The notes beneath the pieces are model-generated. The model made no database searches. It saw nothing but the letters and a program-made list of their open reading frames with translations, and was not told the DNA's origin. 64,000 nucleotides of DNA, from contig JBFMCP010000001.1 in assembly GCA_040754455.1 (NCBI GenBank), positions 128,001-192,000 on the forward strand. The letters run 5' to 3'. Position numbers and translations under genes: made by a program. The stretch comes from Nitrospirota bacterium (GTDB lineage Bacteria; Nitrospirota; Thermodesulfovibrionia; Thermodesulfovibrionales; Dissulfurispiraceae). Each line of letters begins with the position of its first letter. Position 1 is the stretch's first letter. Shown piece after piece: positions 19,795 through 31,055 of the stretch.

Positions 19795-21483
19795 ATGATG
19801 AGAATGACCATCGCGAAAAAGCTGTACATCGGCATCGGGATCCTCGTTGCAGTGCTCATAGGACTCACGGTCTTCTTCCAGACCACTATCAGGAGTACAA
19901 AGGCCGACCTTGAGATGCTTCAGAAGTATAGAGAGCTCCAGGGACTCATGGCGCCGCGGATCATCGATCATCTGAAGTGGGCGGAAAATCTCGCCGTCGG
20001 TACGATCATGTTCGGAAAAGATTTTACGGGGCAGCTCGACCATACCCAATGCAACCTCGGCAAGTGGTACTATGATTTCAAGCCGCCGCAAGAGGTCTCG
20101 GAAGAATTCAAGAAGATCGACGAGCCGCACCGGAGGGTCCATGCTTCGGCACCCAAGATCCTGGCCGCATTAAAGGAAGGAAAGCTCGACCTGGCAAAAA
20201 AGATCTACCTTGAGGAGACCACTCCCGCGCTCCTGATGACACAGGAGGCGCTCACCGAGATGAGGAACGCAGTGAAAAAGATGGTCGACCGGGAGGTGCA
20301 GAAGGCGGCAGTAAAACAGGACAGAATCGGGCACATCTCGTTGGGCGTTTATGTCGTTACAATAGCGGGGGTGCTGCTGGTAACGATCTTTTTCGTCTAT
20401 AAGCCATTCAGAAATGAAATTACCGGCATCTCTGATTGGGCGAATAAAGTGAAGACAGGCGATCTTACGCAGAACCCCGATACCAGCACCGGAACCGAGA
20501 TCGCCGCCCTCGCTTCGAGTCTTCAGATAATGCTTGGACGAGTAAAGGACATCGTACGGCAGACGAAGGAGGCATCGGGGCAGGTGTCGGCGGCAGCGGA
20601 CCAGATCGCCGAAGCCAACCAGAGCTTCTCGCAGAGGATCACCGAGCAGGCGGCATCGGTGGAGGAGACCTCGGCCACCATGGAAGAGATGGCGGCCTCA
20701 ATCCGGCATACCGCGGAAAACGCACGGGAGGCCAACAAGCTCGCCCAGGGCACCAAGACCATTGCCGAATCGGGCAGTGTGGTCATGAACGATACGATCA
20801 AGGCAATGGACGAGATCAACAAGTCCTCATCGAAGATCGCCAACATCTCCAATGTAATCGAGGAGATCGCCTTTCAGACCAACCTTCTTGCCTTAAATGC
20901 AGCGGTTGAGGCGGCCAGGGCAGGAGAGCACGGCAAGGGCTTTGCCGTTGTGGCCTCGGAGATACGGAACCTCGCGCAGCGGACGGCGCAGTCTGCCAAA
21001 GAGATCACGGGGCTGATCGAGGACAGTACGGAGAAGACCTCCCGTGGCGTACAGCTCGCCCAGGAGCTGAGCGGCAAGCTGGGCGAGATCGAGGTGAGTG
21101 TGAAGAAAGTAGTCGACCTTATGGACGAGGTGGCAGCAGCGGCCGGGGAGCAGGCGTCGGGCATCAACCAGGTCAATACGGCAATGGTGCAGATCGACCA
21201 GGCGACCCAGCAGAATGCCTCCTTCGTGGAGGAAGCAGCATCGGCTGCAGAAGAGCTTGCAGCGCAGGCGAAGGAATTGATGAGCGTTATCTCTTTCTTC
21301 AAAGTGGATGATACAGCTGCGTCCCAGGGAAACGGCACTAAGGGGATTACCTTTGCTGCAGACAGACACAGAGCCCCTGTCCTCCCTGCAGCGACACCGG
21401 TAAAAGCCCTTGCCGCCAAGCACGAGGTGCCTACGATACAGGGACAGGAAGGAAACGGGAATGGGGGATTTGAAGAGTTTTAG
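19795..21483 (+). CDS. Methyl-accepting chemotaxis protein with CZB zinc-binding sensor
   Basis: [21 protein letters not shown] between two hydrophobic helices; C-terminal GFEEF. Confidence 0.92.
   Translation: MMRMTIAKKLYIGIGILVAVLIGLTVFFQTTIRSTKADLEMLQKYRELQGLMAPRIIDHLKWAENLAVGTIMFGKDFTGQLDHTQCNLGKWYYDFKPPQEVSEEFKKIDEPHRRVHASAPKILAALKEGKLDLAKKIYLEETTPALLMTQEALTEMRNAVKKMVDREVQKAAVKQDRIGHISLGVYVVTIAGVLLVTIFFVYKPFRNEITGISDWANKVKTGDLTQNPDTSTGTEIAALASSLQIMLGRVKDIVRQTKEASGQVSAAADQIAEANQSFSQRITEQAASVEETSATMEEMAASIRHTAENAREANKLAQGTKTIAESGSVVMNDTIKAMDEINKSSSKIANISNVIEEIAFQTNLLALNAAVEAARAGEHGKGFAVVASEIRNLAQRTAQSAKEITGLIEDSTEKTSRGVQLAQELSGKLGEIEVSVKKVVDLMDEVAAAAGEQASGINQVNTAMVQIDQATQQNASFVEEAASAAEELAAQAKELMSVISFFKVDDTAASQGNGTKGITFAADRHRAPVLPAATPVKALAAKHEVPTIQGQEGNGNGGFEEF
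20551..21240 (+). repeat. 690-bp direct repeat, copy 2
   Basis: Identical by eye to 18781-19470. Confidence 0.92.
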
Positions 21484-22360
21484 TCTCGAAGGACATACGG
21501 TTCCTGCTTGCACTTCAGCCCCCCCCTTCCCTGAGCACCTGAGCGATGAGGAGTTCTCCCTCTTCGCCGATCTCATCTACAGTGTTTCAGGCATCTGGCT
21601 GAGCAGCAGCAAGAAGGGACTGCTCATTTCGAGACTTTCAAAGCGGCTCAAATGCAGCGGGTGCAAAAGCTTTTATGAGTACTATCAGAACATAAAACAT
21701 GACAATAAAGAATTGATCGAAATGCTCAACTGCATTTCGACCAATACGACGAAGTTCTTCCGGGAAAACTACCACTTTGAGTACCTGAAAAAGACGGTTA
21801 TCCCTTGGCTCATCAGCGATAAAGCCGCTGAAAAACGTATCAGGATCTGGAGCGCCGGCTGCTCCACCGGGGAAGAGCCGTACTCCATTGCCATCACCGT
21901 ACTCGAGGCCTTCAGGGCCGGTGCAGCCGATCCGGCCTCCTGGGATATCAAGGTGCTCGCCACCGACATATCGACGAGAGTGCTGGAGACGGCCCAGGCC
22001 GGCATATACGAATGCGAGCAGCTTCCCGAAGACATTCAGTCCGACATGGTAAGCAGATATTTCCTGAAAGGAACGGGAGAGTATACGGGGAAGATAAAGG
22101 TGAAGGAGTGCGTCAGGGAGCTGATACGTTTCAGAAGGCTCAACCTTAAAGACGAGCGTTATCCCTTTCAGAGTCCCTTTGACGTTATCTTTTGCAGAAA
22201 TGTCATGATCTATTTTGATGAGGGAATGAGGAGGCACGTACTCTCGCGGTTCCATGCGCATTTGATAAAGAACGGTTACCTTTTTCTCGGCCATTCAGAG
22301 GCGATGTTTGATAAAGAGCAATTCACTCCCGTCCACATCACGGTGTACCGAAAAAATTGA
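21461..22360 (+). CDS. cheR: Chemotaxis methyltransferase (start uncertain)
   Basis: [34 protein letters not shown]. Confidence 0.95.
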   Translation: MGDLKSFSLEGHTVPACTSAPPFPEHLSDEEFSLFADLIYSVSGIWLSSSKKGLLISRLSKRLKCSGCKSFYEYYQNIKHDNKELIEMLNCISTNTTKFFRENYHFEYLKKTVIPWLISDKAAEKRIRIWSAGCSTGEEPYSIAITVLEAFRAGAADPASWDIKVLATDISTRVLETAQAGIYECEQLPEDIQSDMVSRYFLKGTGEYTGKIKVKECVRELIRFRRLNLKDERYPFQSPFDVIFCRNVMIYFDEGMRRHVLSRFHAHLIKNGYLFLGHSEAMFDKEQFTPVHITVYRKN

Positions 22361-22812
22361 GAAAGATTGTTCTGCAGCCCGGCGATATTATCGTGTCCAA
22401 GGAGCCCGCGGTGCTCGAAACAATTCTCGGCTCCTGTGTTTCCGTATGCCTGTGGGATGACTCCATAAGAGCGGGCGGGATGAACCATTTCGTATTACCC
22501 GAATGCGCAGAGGGCTCCAAAGACTCCTCTTCCCGCTTCGGACGCGAATCCATCGAGCGGCTCATCAGCGATTGCTGCGGCATCGGCATGGAGATGCACA
22601 GGGTAAAGGCAAAGATCTTCGGCGGCGGCAGGGTTATTGAACCGTTCTCCTCTGCCTTTGATATAGGTGAAAAGAATATTATGATAGCACGAAAGGTTCT
22701 GCGGCACTACAATATACCGATCATCAAAGAATTTACCGGGCCCGATCATGGGTTAAAGATCGTATTCTATACGGCAACGGGAAAGGCCTTTGTCAAAAAA
22801 TTAGGGGAGTAA
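22357..22812 (+). CDS. cheD: Chemoreceptor glutamine deamidase
   Basis: LGSCVSVCL, GGMNHFVLP, KIFGG, IGEKN. Confidence 0.93.
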   Translation: MRKIVLQPGDIIVSKEPAVLETILGSCVSVCLWDDSIRAGGMNHFVLPECAEGSKDSSSRFGRESIERLISDCCGIGMEMHRVKAKIFGGGRVIEPFSSAFDIGEKNIMIARKVLRHYNIPIIKEFTGPDHGLKIVFYTATGKAFVKKLGE

Positions 22813-22817
22813 CAACC

Positions 22818-23903
22818 ATGACGCATAATAAAATCAAGGTTCTGATCATCGATGATTCCGCGGTACTACGGCACCTCCTCGCTGAGATACTCAGTCAAAC
22901 CGATGATATCGAGGTGGTGGGCACCGCGCAGGATCCCCTTTTTGCCATGAGCAAGATCACCAGCCTCGAGCCGGATGTCATCACCCTTGATGTTGAGATG
23001 CCGAGAATGGACGGCCTCTCCTTTCTGGAGCAGCTGATGAGGACCCATCCTGTTCCCGTCATTATGATAAGTGCCCTCACGCAAAGAGGGGGAGAAACGA
23101 CCCTTAAAGCGCTTGAGCTGGGGGCGGTCGATTATGTGACGAAGCCCGGGATTGGCATTGCCGACGGCATTGCACGGCTCGGCGAAGAGATCGTCCATAA
23201 GATAAGGATTGCGGCACGCGCAAAAGTAAAAAGGAGGCCCTTCCGCTCCCCCACAGGTCAGCATGAGCAGCCCCCTCCGGCGCCCTTGCGCCCTGAACGG
23301 CCCTCCGCATTCGATACCCGATGTATGGCGACCACGGACCGTATCATTGCCATAGGCGCCTCAACCGGAGGAACACAGGCCATCACCGAGATCATCACCG
23401 AACTGCCGGAAGACATCCCGGGCATTGTGATCGTTCAGCACATGCCGCCCCTCTTTACTCGTTCTTTTGCCGAACGGCTCAATACGCTGTCGCGGCTCGA
23501 TGTGAGGGAGGCAAAGAGCGGCGACAGGATTTTACGCGGTGCGGTATTGATTGCGCCCGGAAACAAGCATATGACGATTCAGCGTGACGGTGCCCTGTAC
23601 TATGTGGAAGTGACCGACGGCCCCATGGTGAATTTCGTACGCCCCTCGGTGGATGTACTCTTCAGGTCAGTGGCCCGATATGCGGGCAAAAATGCGATTG
23701 GTGTCATACTGACCGGGATGGGAGAGGACGGTGCGCGGGGCCTGCTCGAGATGCAGCGTGCAGGAGCGTTGACGATTGCCCAGGATGAAAGCTCCTCGAC
23801 CGTCTTTGGCATGCCGAAAAGGGCCATCGAGATGCACGCGGTCGATAGGATCACACCGCTCCATGAGATAGCATCACTCCTGGCAGGCAGCAGCAGGCAC
23901 TAA
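22818..23903 (+). CDS. cheB: Chemotaxis methylesterase
   Basis: REC domain plus GASTGG, VQHMP, RPSVD, LTGMGEDGA. Confidence 0.97.
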   Translation: MTHNKIKVLIIDDSAVLRHLLAEILSQTDDIEVVGTAQDPLFAMSKITSLEPDVITLDVEMPRMDGLSFLEQLMRTHPVPVIMISALTQRGGETTLKALELGAVDYVTKPGIGIADGIARLGEEIVHKIRIAARAKVKRRPFRSPTGQHEQPPPAPLRPERPSAFDTRCMATTDRIIAIGASTGGTQAITEIITELPEDIPGIVIVQHMPPLFTRSFAERLNTLSRLDVREAKSGDRILRGAVLIAPGNKHMTIQRDGALYYVEVTDGPMVNFVRPSVDVLFRSVARYAGKNAIGVILTGMGEDGARGLLEMQRAGALTIAQDESSSTVFGMPKRAIEMHAVDRITPLHEIASLLAGSSRH

Positions 23904-23943
23904 ACAGCAAGAACCTTTACGGCACGTACCTTATTTATACTTA

Positions 23944-24612
23944 TTATTTGCCCTCCTGAGGAAAGGCCATGTGCCGTATGATCTTGCCCGCAACGAGATA
24001 GATCACCATCTCGGCGATATTGGTGGCGTGGTCGGCAATGCGCTCAAGATACTGTGCGACAAAACTTATCTTCATCGCCCTCGATGCCGTGGTCGGATCC
24101 TGCACCATAAAGAACAGCAGTTCCCTCAGGACCTCGTGCTTCAGATCGTCCACTTCATCGTCTCTCATGATGACATCTATCGCCAGCTTCTTGTCTCTCT
24201 TAACAAAGGCATCGAGGGCATCGCGTGTCATTCCCTGCGCAAGCTGGCTCATTCTCGGGATATCGATATAGGGCTTGAGGATCGGCTCCTCGTTAAGTTC
24301 CAGTGCGCGTTCGGCGATGTTCACCGCGAGGTCGCCCATTCGTTCGAGGTCGGTCGTTATCTTCATTGCCGTAGTGATAAAGCGCAGGTCGCCTGCCTTG
24401 GGCTGCCGGAGCGCGATGAGCTTGATGGACTCATCGTCGATCTCCACGTCGAGCGCATTGATCTGGTGGTCATGTTCGATCACCTTTCTGGCGAGCTCAT
24501 TGTTCCTGTCCACGAGGGAATGCACCGAATCCCTGATGGCGACCTCGACCATTGCCCCCATCTTGAGGACCTTTCCTTTAAGCTGCATCAACTCTTCATC
24601 AAAGACCGACAT
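23944..24612 (-). CDS. phoU: Phosphate signalling protein PhoU
   Basis: RQPKAGDLR, DLERMGD, LERIADHATNIAE. Confidence 0.97.
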   Translation of the reverse strand: MSVFDEELMQLKGKVLKMGAMVEVAIRDSVHSLVDRNNELARKVIEHDHQINALDVEIDDESIKLIALRQPKAGDLRFITTAMKITTDLERMGDLAVNIAERALELNEEPILKPYIDIPRMSQLAQGMTRDALDAFVKRDKKLAIDVIMRDDEVDDLKHEVLRELLFFMVQDPTTASRAMKISFVAQYLERIADHATNIAEMVIYLVAGKIIRHMAFPQEGK

Positions 24613-25376
24613 TATCCGAACCTCCCCGTGATGTAGTCCTCTGTCAGCTTCTCTGAGGGGGCCGTGAATATCCTATCCGTTTTATCGAATTCGATCAGCT
24701 CCCCGAGCATCATGAAACCTGTCCAGTCTGATATGCGTGCTGCCTGCTGCATGTTATGAGTGACGATGAGGATGGTCACATTGTTCTTCAGTTGCACAAT
24801 GAGCTCTTCAATCTTCCCCGTCGATATCGGATCGAGCGCGGACGTTGGCTCATCAAAAAGCAGCACGTGGGGCTCGACAGCGAGTGCCCGCGCAATAACC
24901 AGCCGTTGCTGCTGCCCGCCCGAGAGCTCGTAGGCGCTGACATTGAGTTTGTCCTTGACCTCGTCCCAGAGCGCCGCATTCTTGAGCGCCCGCTCCACCC
25001 TCTCAGCAAGCTCCGACCTCTTCTTGATGCCCTTCAACCTGAGGCCGTAGGCAATATTGTCGAAGATGGTCATAGGGAACGGCGTCGGCTTCTGAAAGAC
25101 CATGCCGATGCTGCTCCTCAGCCGTATGAGATCAATGTCATGGGAGAGAATGTTCTTCCCCTCAAAAAGAATTTCTCCCTCATACCTGTTTTTCGGATAG
25201 AGATCGTGCATCCGGTTAAAACACCTGAGCAGCGTCGTCTTCCCGCAGCCCGACGGGCCGATCAGTGCGGTGACGCTTTTTTCAAAGGCAGAAAAATTGA
25301 TCCGCTTGAGGGCATGGACATTCCCTGCATAGTAAAAGTCCAGGTTCTTTGCCTCAAGCTCCACTGCTCCGGCCAC
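24612..25376 (-). CDS. pstB: Phosphate ABC transporter ATPase
   Basis: [31 protein letters not shown]. Confidence 0.97.
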   Translation of the reverse strand: MAGAVELEAKNLDFYYAGNVHALKRINFSAFEKSVTALIGPSGCGKTTLLRCFNRMHDLYPKNRYEGEILFEGKNILSHDIDLIRLRSSIGMVFQKPTPFPMTIFDNIAYGLRLKGIKKRSELAERVERALKNAALWDEVKDKLNVSAYELSGGQQQRLVIARALAVEPHVLLFDEPTSALDPISTGKIEELIVQLKNNVTILIVTHNMQQAARISDWTGFMMLGELIEFDKTDRIFTAPSEKLTEDYITGRFG

Positions 25377-26215
25377 TACTTATACCTCCACTTGATGATA
25401 AGTCTCCCCAGTATGGTAATTAATAATATTACCACGGTAATCATAAATGATGCAGCCCATGCCTGCACATGCCACTCATCGTAGGGTCCCATAGCATATT
25501 GAAAGATAGTAACGGTCAGCGAGGATATGGGGCCCTTCATGTCCATTGAGAAAAAGGCATTGTTGAAAGAGGTAAACAGAAGCGGCGCCGTCTCACCGGC
25601 AACACGGGCAATGGAAAGCAGAATACCCGTAAAAATTCCCGCAGCTGCACCTCGATACACCACCTGTATGATCACCTTGTAGTAAGGGGCGCCAAGGGCG
25701 AATGCCGCCTCCCGTAATGTCCAGGGGACAAGCGAGAGCATATCCTCGGTCGTTCTCAGCACGACGGGGATCATGATCACGGCGAGGGCGACGGCACCAG
25801 CCCAGCCGCTGAAATGTCCGAGGGGTCTTACCAGCAATGCGTAGATGAACGTGCCGATGACAATAGACGGCACACTGACCATAATATCGGCAAGAATGCT
25901 TATGCTGCGGGCGACCTTTGTCCCTCGTGCATATTCGGCGAGAAATGTCCCTCCGAGGATGCCGACAGGAACACCGATGAGAGTGGCAAAAACAGTAATG
26001 AGCACCTGTCCGACAAAGGCGTTTCTCAGCCCCCCTCCGCTTACCCCGGGAGGGGCAGGATCATTGAGGAACAAGCCGGGGTGCAGGGCACCGATGCCGT
26101 GAATGAGAACATCGCCGAGAATAAAAACCAGCCAGAAAAGACCAAACACCGCGGCGAGCGTGCTCAGCAGGAGCGCAATGGAGCTCTCGAGCTTTCTCTT
26201 CTTTTCGACATTCAT
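25376..26215 (-). CDS. pstA: Phosphate ABC transporter permease
   Basis: [20 protein letters not shown]; operon position. Confidence 0.95.
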   Translation of the reverse strand: MNVEKKRKLESSIALLLSTLAAVFGLFWLVFILGDVLIHGIGALHPGLFLNDPAPPGVSGGGLRNAFVGQVLITVFATLIGVPVGILGGTFLAEYARGTKVARSISILADIMVSVPSIVIGTFIYALLVRPLGHFSGWAGAVALAVIMIPVVLRTTEDMLSLVPWTLREAAFALGAPYYKVIIQVVYRGAAAGIFTGILLSIARVAGETAPLLFTSFNNAFFSMDMKGPISSLTVTIFQYAMGPYDEWHVQAWAASFMITVVILLITILGRLIIKWRYK

Positions 26216-27153
26216 CGCGAATACCTCCGTTCAGCCTTGAGAAGAAAGAACTTTGCTATAGCAAGGACGACAAAGCTCAAGGCAAAGAGTACCAGCGCCA
26301 GGTTGAAAAGGGACGAGAGATACATATCGGTGTCGGCCTCGGTAAACTCGTTGGCGAGGGTCACGGTAATCGTCGCTGCAGCATCAAAAAGCGATGAGGT
26401 GATCTGGTGGTTGTTGCCCAGGACAAAGGCCACCGCCATGGTCTCGCCAAGCGCCCTTCCCAGGGAGAGCGCGATGCCGCCGAAAACGCCGAGTTTCGAA
26501 TAGGGCAGTACAACATCCTTAATCACTTCCCACTTCGTTGCGCCTACCGCATAGGCCGATTCCTTTACTATCCCCGGCGTTAAGTTAAAGGAGTCTCTCG
26601 AGATACTCGCGGTAAACGGAATAATCATGATGCTCAAGATGACACTCGCCGTGAAAAGGTCTATTCCCATAGGCGTCCCCTGAAACAGCGCTCCGACCAC
26701 AGGGAGTTTTCCTACACTTTTCTGGAGCGCCGGCTCGACATATCTGGCCATCAGAGGGGCGAGAGTGAAAAGCCCCCACATGCCATAGATGATGCTGGGG
26801 ATTGCGGCAAGCAGCTCAATGGCGATCCCGATGGGCCCTTTCAGAAAATCCGGCGCGATCTCGGTGACGAACACTGCGATACCGATCGCCACGGGAATTG
26901 CAATGATAAGAGCAATGCAGGTAGTAACAAACGTGCCGTACACCGCAGTTGCGGCACCGAATTCGTTGTTAACAGGATTCCATTCAGTTGACAGCAGAAA
27001 ATCGAAAAGACCGAACTTGCCTATCGCGAGCGACGACTCCCGTAACAGCACGATAAAAATACCGCCCACCAGAAATAGTATGGTGAGCGCCGCGAGGGCG
27101 GTAACCAGCGAGAACGAAAAATCAACCGGATTTTTTCTCTTTAGTATCGGCAA
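26212..27153 (-). CDS. pstC: Phosphate ABC transporter permease
   Basis: ELLAAIPSIIYGMWG, GRALGETMAV. Confidence 0.95.
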   Translation of the reverse strand: MPILKRKNPVDFSFSLVTALAALTILFLVGGIFIVLLRESSLAIGKFGLFDFLLSTEWNPVNNEFGAATAVYGTFVTTCIALIIAIPVAIGIAVFVTEIAPDFLKGPIGIAIELLAAIPSIIYGMWGLFTLAPLMARYVEPALQKSVGKLPVVGALFQGTPMGIDLFTASVILSIMIIPFTASISRDSFNLTPGIVKESAYAVGATKWEVIKDVVLPYSKLGVFGGIALSLGRALGETMAVAFVLGNNHQITSSLFDAAATITVTLANEFTEADTDMYLSSLFNLALVLFALSFVVLAIAKFFLLKAERRYSR

Positions 27154-27213
27154 TCGATCCTCTCATATTTGAAGGCCGGACATAGGGAATGTCGAGGAAC
27201 CTAACCCCGACGA

Positions 27214-28224
27214 TCAGTAGACTCCATTCGTCTTCCAGTACGCCCTTACCTTATCCTTCAGAGTCGTGGGAAGTGGAACATAGGTAAGGCTTTTGGCCGT
27301 CGTATCCCCGTTTTTGAAGGCCCAGTCAAAAAACTTAACTGTTTTTATATTCGCATCCTTTTTGTCCTTTGCAAGGAGGATGAAAGTAGCGCCGGCTATC
27401 GGCCAGGAGTTTTTGCCGGGGGTATTGGTTAGCCATGTAGAGAAATCCTTTTTAGGATCAAAATCGCCTGCCGCAGCGGCGTCCTCAAAGGAATCGAACC
27501 CGGGCTCGACAAAGTTGCCCGCCTTATTCTTGAGCTGCGTATGGGCAAGCTTGCTCTGCTTTGCATACGCAAACTCAACGTAGCCGATGGAGTGGGGTGT
27601 TCTTTTTACGTAATTGGCAACGCCTTCGTTCCCTTTCCCTCCGATGCCGACAGGCCATTTGACCGCCTTGCCCTCTCCTACCTTCGACTTCCACACAGGA
27701 CATGTTGCACTGAGATAATTCGTAAAGAGCGCGGTCGTTCCCGATCCGTCGGAGCGGTGGACAACCGTAATTTCATTATGCGGAAGCTTGGCCTGGGTGT
27801 TGAGCCCTTTGATTTTGGCATCGTCCCAGTACTTGATCTCACCGAGAAATATCTTGCAGAGCGCTTCAGCATCGAGCTTGAGCTCACCTGCTTTCATTCC
27901 GGGGACATTGACGATAGGGACGACACCGCCGATAACAGCCGGGAATTGGAGGAGATTGTCTTTCTTGAGCTGTTCCGGCTTTATCGGATCGTCGGAAGCA
28001 CCGAAATCCACCGTCCTGCTGACAATCTGACGGACGCCTCCTCCAGAACCGATAGACTGATAGTTAAGCCGCGCACCGGTCGCCTTGTTATATTCGTATG
28101 CCCATGCCTGGTACACCGGAGCAGGGAACGAGGCACCCGCACCGTTCAGTATCTCCTCTGCCATTGCGTGGGAAGACAGCGCAGCAAGTGTCGCTATAGC
28201 CAATATAAGTATTATTTTTTTCAT
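27214..28224 (-). CDS. pstS: Phosphate-binding periplasmic protein
   Basis: Signal peptide, GAGASFP, GSGGG, DFGASD, RSDGSGTT. Confidence 0.97.
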   Translation of the reverse strand: MKKIILILAIATLAALSSHAMAEEILNGAGASFPAPVYQAWAYEYNKATGARLNYQSIGSGGGVRQIVSRTVDFGASDDPIKPEQLKKDNLLQFPAVIGGVVPIVNVPGMKAGELKLDAEALCKIFLGEIKYWDDAKIKGLNTQAKLPHNEITVVHRSDGSGTTALFTNYLSATCPVWKSKVGEGKAVKWPVGIGGKGNEGVANYVKRTPHSIGYVEFAYAKQSKLAHTQLKNKAGNFVEPGFDSFEDAAAAGDFDPKKDFSTWLTNTPGKNSWPIAGATFILLAKDKKDANIKTVKFFDWAFKNGDTTAKSLTYVPLPTTLKDKVRAYWKTNGVY

Positions 28225-28268
28225 TGTTTACCTCCTTCTACCGTTTTTCATAGCATATGATACAAATG

Positions 28269-28306
28269 TTACAACAGTATTACAGGTGCCTTACATCTTT
28301 ATGACA
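28269..28306 (-). promoter_or_regulatory. Pho-box array upstream of pstS
   Basis: TTACA/TTACA/TTACA/TGACA at 28269, 28280, 28291, 28302 (exact 11-bp period; TGTAA/TGTCA on the minus strand). Confidence 0.8.
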
Positions 28307-28385
28307 ACCACCTCCTTTACCCGGGGATACGGCGGCATTGAGATGCGTTCCGGTACTCCAGTGCTGCAGTTTAAAACAGAGATAG

Positions 28386-28423
28386 TTACCGGAATATGAA
28401 CGGAGGGTTACATTTCGATTACG
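28386..28423 (-). promoter_or_regulatory. Second, degenerate Pho-box-like array
   Basis: TTACC/TGAAC/TTACA/TTACG at 28386, 28397, 28408, 28419 (11-bp period). Confidence 0.45.
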
Positions 28424-28478
28424 GAGATGACATCAGTAAAGCGAGACAAGGAGCGACTTAGAACAGCGATAAAGCGGG

Positions 28479-29471
28479 CTATGAAAAACGTAAGGCAGTC
28501 TTACAGATCACCCAGGCAAGAACGCCACAGGAGGGGATCGTCAGAATCCACGCCAGAATAATATTCCCTCCTACTCCCCACCGTACTGCCGAGAGTCGTT
28601 TCGATGCGCCGACCCCCATAATGGTCGAAGAGATAACATGCGTCGTCGACAGAGGGAGTCCTATCCTCGAAGCGATTTCGATGAGGGTTGCCGCAGACGT
28701 CTCGGCGGCAAACCCGTGTATAGGGCGGAGATGGACAAGACGGACTCCCAATGTCTTAATAATTCGCCATCCGCCTGCAGCAGTTCCAAAGGCCATGGCA
28801 GTAGCGCAGAGGACGACAACCCACAGAGGAACATGGAAGTCAGGAAGTTTGTAATAACTTACCAGTGCCATAGTGATAATGCCCATCGTCTTCTGTGCAT
28901 CGTTGTTACCATGGCTGAAGGCCATGTAGGCAGCCGATACGACCTGGAGCTTGTTGAAGAGAACGTTAACCGTCGCGGGTGCCGTGTTTCTGAATATCCG
29001 TACGAGGATCACCATGAAAAGGTAGCCGAGGAGCAGGGCAAGCACAGGGGAGAGGAACAAGCCAAGGAGGACCTTATACACTCCTTTTGAGATAATAACG
29101 TCCGCTCCCGCAGTCGCGATCGCCGCCCCGACAATGCTCGATATAAGCGCATGGCTCGAGGAAGTAGGGAGTCCGAAATACCAGGTAATGATATCCCAAA
29201 CAATAGCGGCAATAAGGGCGGAAATGATAGTGATTTGCGTAACACTGTAGGCTTCTACAATGCCCGCTCCGATCGTCTTGGCAACGGCGGTGCCCGAGAG
29301 CGCTCCGAGCATATTGAGCACTGCCGCCATCAGCACTGCCGCTTTCGGTGATACGACCCTCGTCGATACCGAAGTGGCTATTGCATTGGCGGTATCGTGA
29401 AAGCCGTTGATGAAATCGAAGATGACAGCAAGGACTATAACCGCAACAAGCAGAACGTAAGTCTCATGCAT
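28479..29471 (-). CDS. pit: PiT family inorganic phosphate transporter
   Basis: NGFHDTANAIAT, GLPTSSSH, HGNNDAQK, PLSTTH. Confidence 0.95.
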   Translation of the reverse strand: MHETYVLLVAVIVLAVIFDFINGFHDTANAIATSVSTRVVSPKAAVLMAAVLNMLGALSGTAVAKTIGAGIVEAYSVTQITIISALIAAIVWDIITWYFGLPTSSSHALISSIVGAAIATAGADVIISKGVYKVLLGLFLSPVLALLLGYLFMVILVRIFRNTAPATVNVLFNKLQVVSAAYMAFSHGNNDAQKTMGIITMALVSYYKLPDFHVPLWVVVLCATAMAFGTAAGGWRIIKTLGVRLVHLRPIHGFAAETSAATLIEIASRIGLPLSTTHVISSTIMGVGASKRLSAVRWGVGGNIILAWILTIPSCGVLAWVICKTALRFS

Positions 29472-30087
29472 GTTTGAGGACTATGGCTTCCAGAATATTT
29501 GCAACATCTTCGCAGCGGTCGGAGGCATCCTCAAGATGCTCGTAAATCTCTTTCCACTTAATGATGAGGATCGGATCTTTCACCTCGTCAAAGAGTTTCC
29601 CCAGAGCATCCCTGAAGTCACGGTCGATCCTGTTCTCAAGCCTGTTGATCTCGATGCAGAACTCCTGCACATGGGGGTAGTTCTTCTCCTTGAGCTTCCG
29701 TATGGTTTTGTGGATCACCTCGGTAATCATGAGGAGGTCCTTTGACATGGAGATCGCTTCCTTTGTGGTTTTCTTTATTCTAAAAACGACTATCCTGTCC
29801 ACAGCGCTCCAGATGAGGTCGATGACATCATCCAGGCGCGAGGCAAGCGCGTAGAGGTCTTCCCTGTCGATAGGGGTAATGAAGGTCTTGTTCAGCTTCT
29901 TGATAATATCATGGGTCAGCAGGTCCCCTTCCTGCTCGACCTCATAAATTTCCTTGGAGCGGACCTCGACATTATCGAAGTTTTCCATAAGGGCAACAAG
30001 GAGGGATGCACCTTTGGCAACATTCGCAGCAGCATTATCGAACAGCTCGAAGAAATCTGTTTCTTTGGGGAATAACTTTCTGATCAT
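29464..30087 (-). CDS. DUF47 phosphate transport regulator (PhoU-like)
   Basis: TFITPIDREDL, WKEIYEHLEDASD; start taken at MIRKLFP; coupled to pit. Confidence 0.9.
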   Translation of the reverse strand: MIRKLFPKETDFFELFDNAAANVAKGASLLVALMENFDNVEVRSKEIYEVEQEGDLLTHDIIKKLNKTFITPIDREDLYALASRLDDVIDLIWSAVDRIVVFRIKKTTKEAISMSKDLLMITEVIHKTIRKLKEKNYPHVQEFCIEINRLENRIDRDFRDALGKLFDEVKDPILIIKWKEIYEHLEDASDRCEDVANILEAIVLKHA

Positions 30088-30189
30088 ACGTTCCGCCGGA
30101 TAGAATATAAAAAGTAAGAGCGCGATGTCAAATACCACGAGAGGACTGTTTACCGTGACCCATCGAACGCAAACGTGGTATAGTTTCAC

Positions 30190-30993
30190 ATGATCGCATG
30201 CAGACCGTTTATCTCCCTGTTCCGAAGGATTTTCCGGTTATCTGCCTTCATCCTACTCACTACATTCTTCCTCTTTTTAGGCTCCTTCTTGAGGATATAC
30301 CCCTTTGATAACGCCAAGAGCTTGCGCCTGAGGGCGCGGTGTGCCCAGTGGTGGGCTGGGTTAAGCTGCTCTCTTCTCGGGATACATTGCACCTCTACCG
30401 GATCCTTTGAGCACGGTACGGCTTATTTTATGGTGAGCAATCACTGCAGCTATCTCGATATTCTCGTTATCGGCTGTTGTTCGCCTTCGGTCTTTATTTC
30501 CAAAAAAGAAGTTGCCTCATGGCCGCTCTTCGGATGGCTTACCAGGTTGGGGGGAACGGTCTTTGTCGACAGAGCCTCCAAAGTTGCATCGGTCAAATCA
30601 TTTCAGGAGATCAAAAAGAGGCTTAACAACAACATCAGCGTCGTTCTCTTTCCGGAGGGGACCACCAATGACGGGATCACCGTTATGGATTTTAAAAGCG
30701 CCTTTTTCAATGTGCCGATCGAAACCGCCACTCCCATCCTGCCGATCAGCCTCAGCTACTCCCATATCAACCGCGAGCCGGTGACACCGGATACCATTGA
30801 TACGATTGCATGGCACGGCGAAATGCCGCTTCTGCCGCATTTCTGGAACCTCCTCGGCCTGAAAAGGATTGACGTAAGTGTTCATTTTCATCCTGCCCTC
30901 ACGGATGTTATTCAAGACAGGAAAGAGCTCTCTTGGATAACCTGCAAAACGGTCAGGGCAGGATGTCTGTCGCTAAGGAGCAAGATACCATAG
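30190..30993 (+). CDS. Lysophospholipid acyltransferase (PlsC family)
   Basis: NHCSYLD (HxxxxD), FVDR, FPEGT. Confidence 0.9.
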   Translation: MIACRPFISLFRRIFRLSAFILLTTFFLFLGSFLRIYPFDNAKSLRLRARCAQWWAGLSCSLLGIHCTSTGSFEHGTAYFMVSNHCSYLDILVIGCCSPSVFISKKEVASWPLFGWLTRLGGTVFVDRASKVASVKSFQEIKKRLNNNISVVLFPEGTTNDGITVMDFKSAFFNVPIETATPILPISLSYSHINREPVTPDTIDTIAWHGEMPLLPHFWNLLGLKRIDVSVHFHPALTDVIQDRKELSWITCKTVRAGCLSLRSKIP

Positions 30994-31055
30994 AATTGAG
31001 CGAGGAGTATGCAGGAGAAAAGGCCCCCTCACCATATACGGCTCAGGAGCTATGC

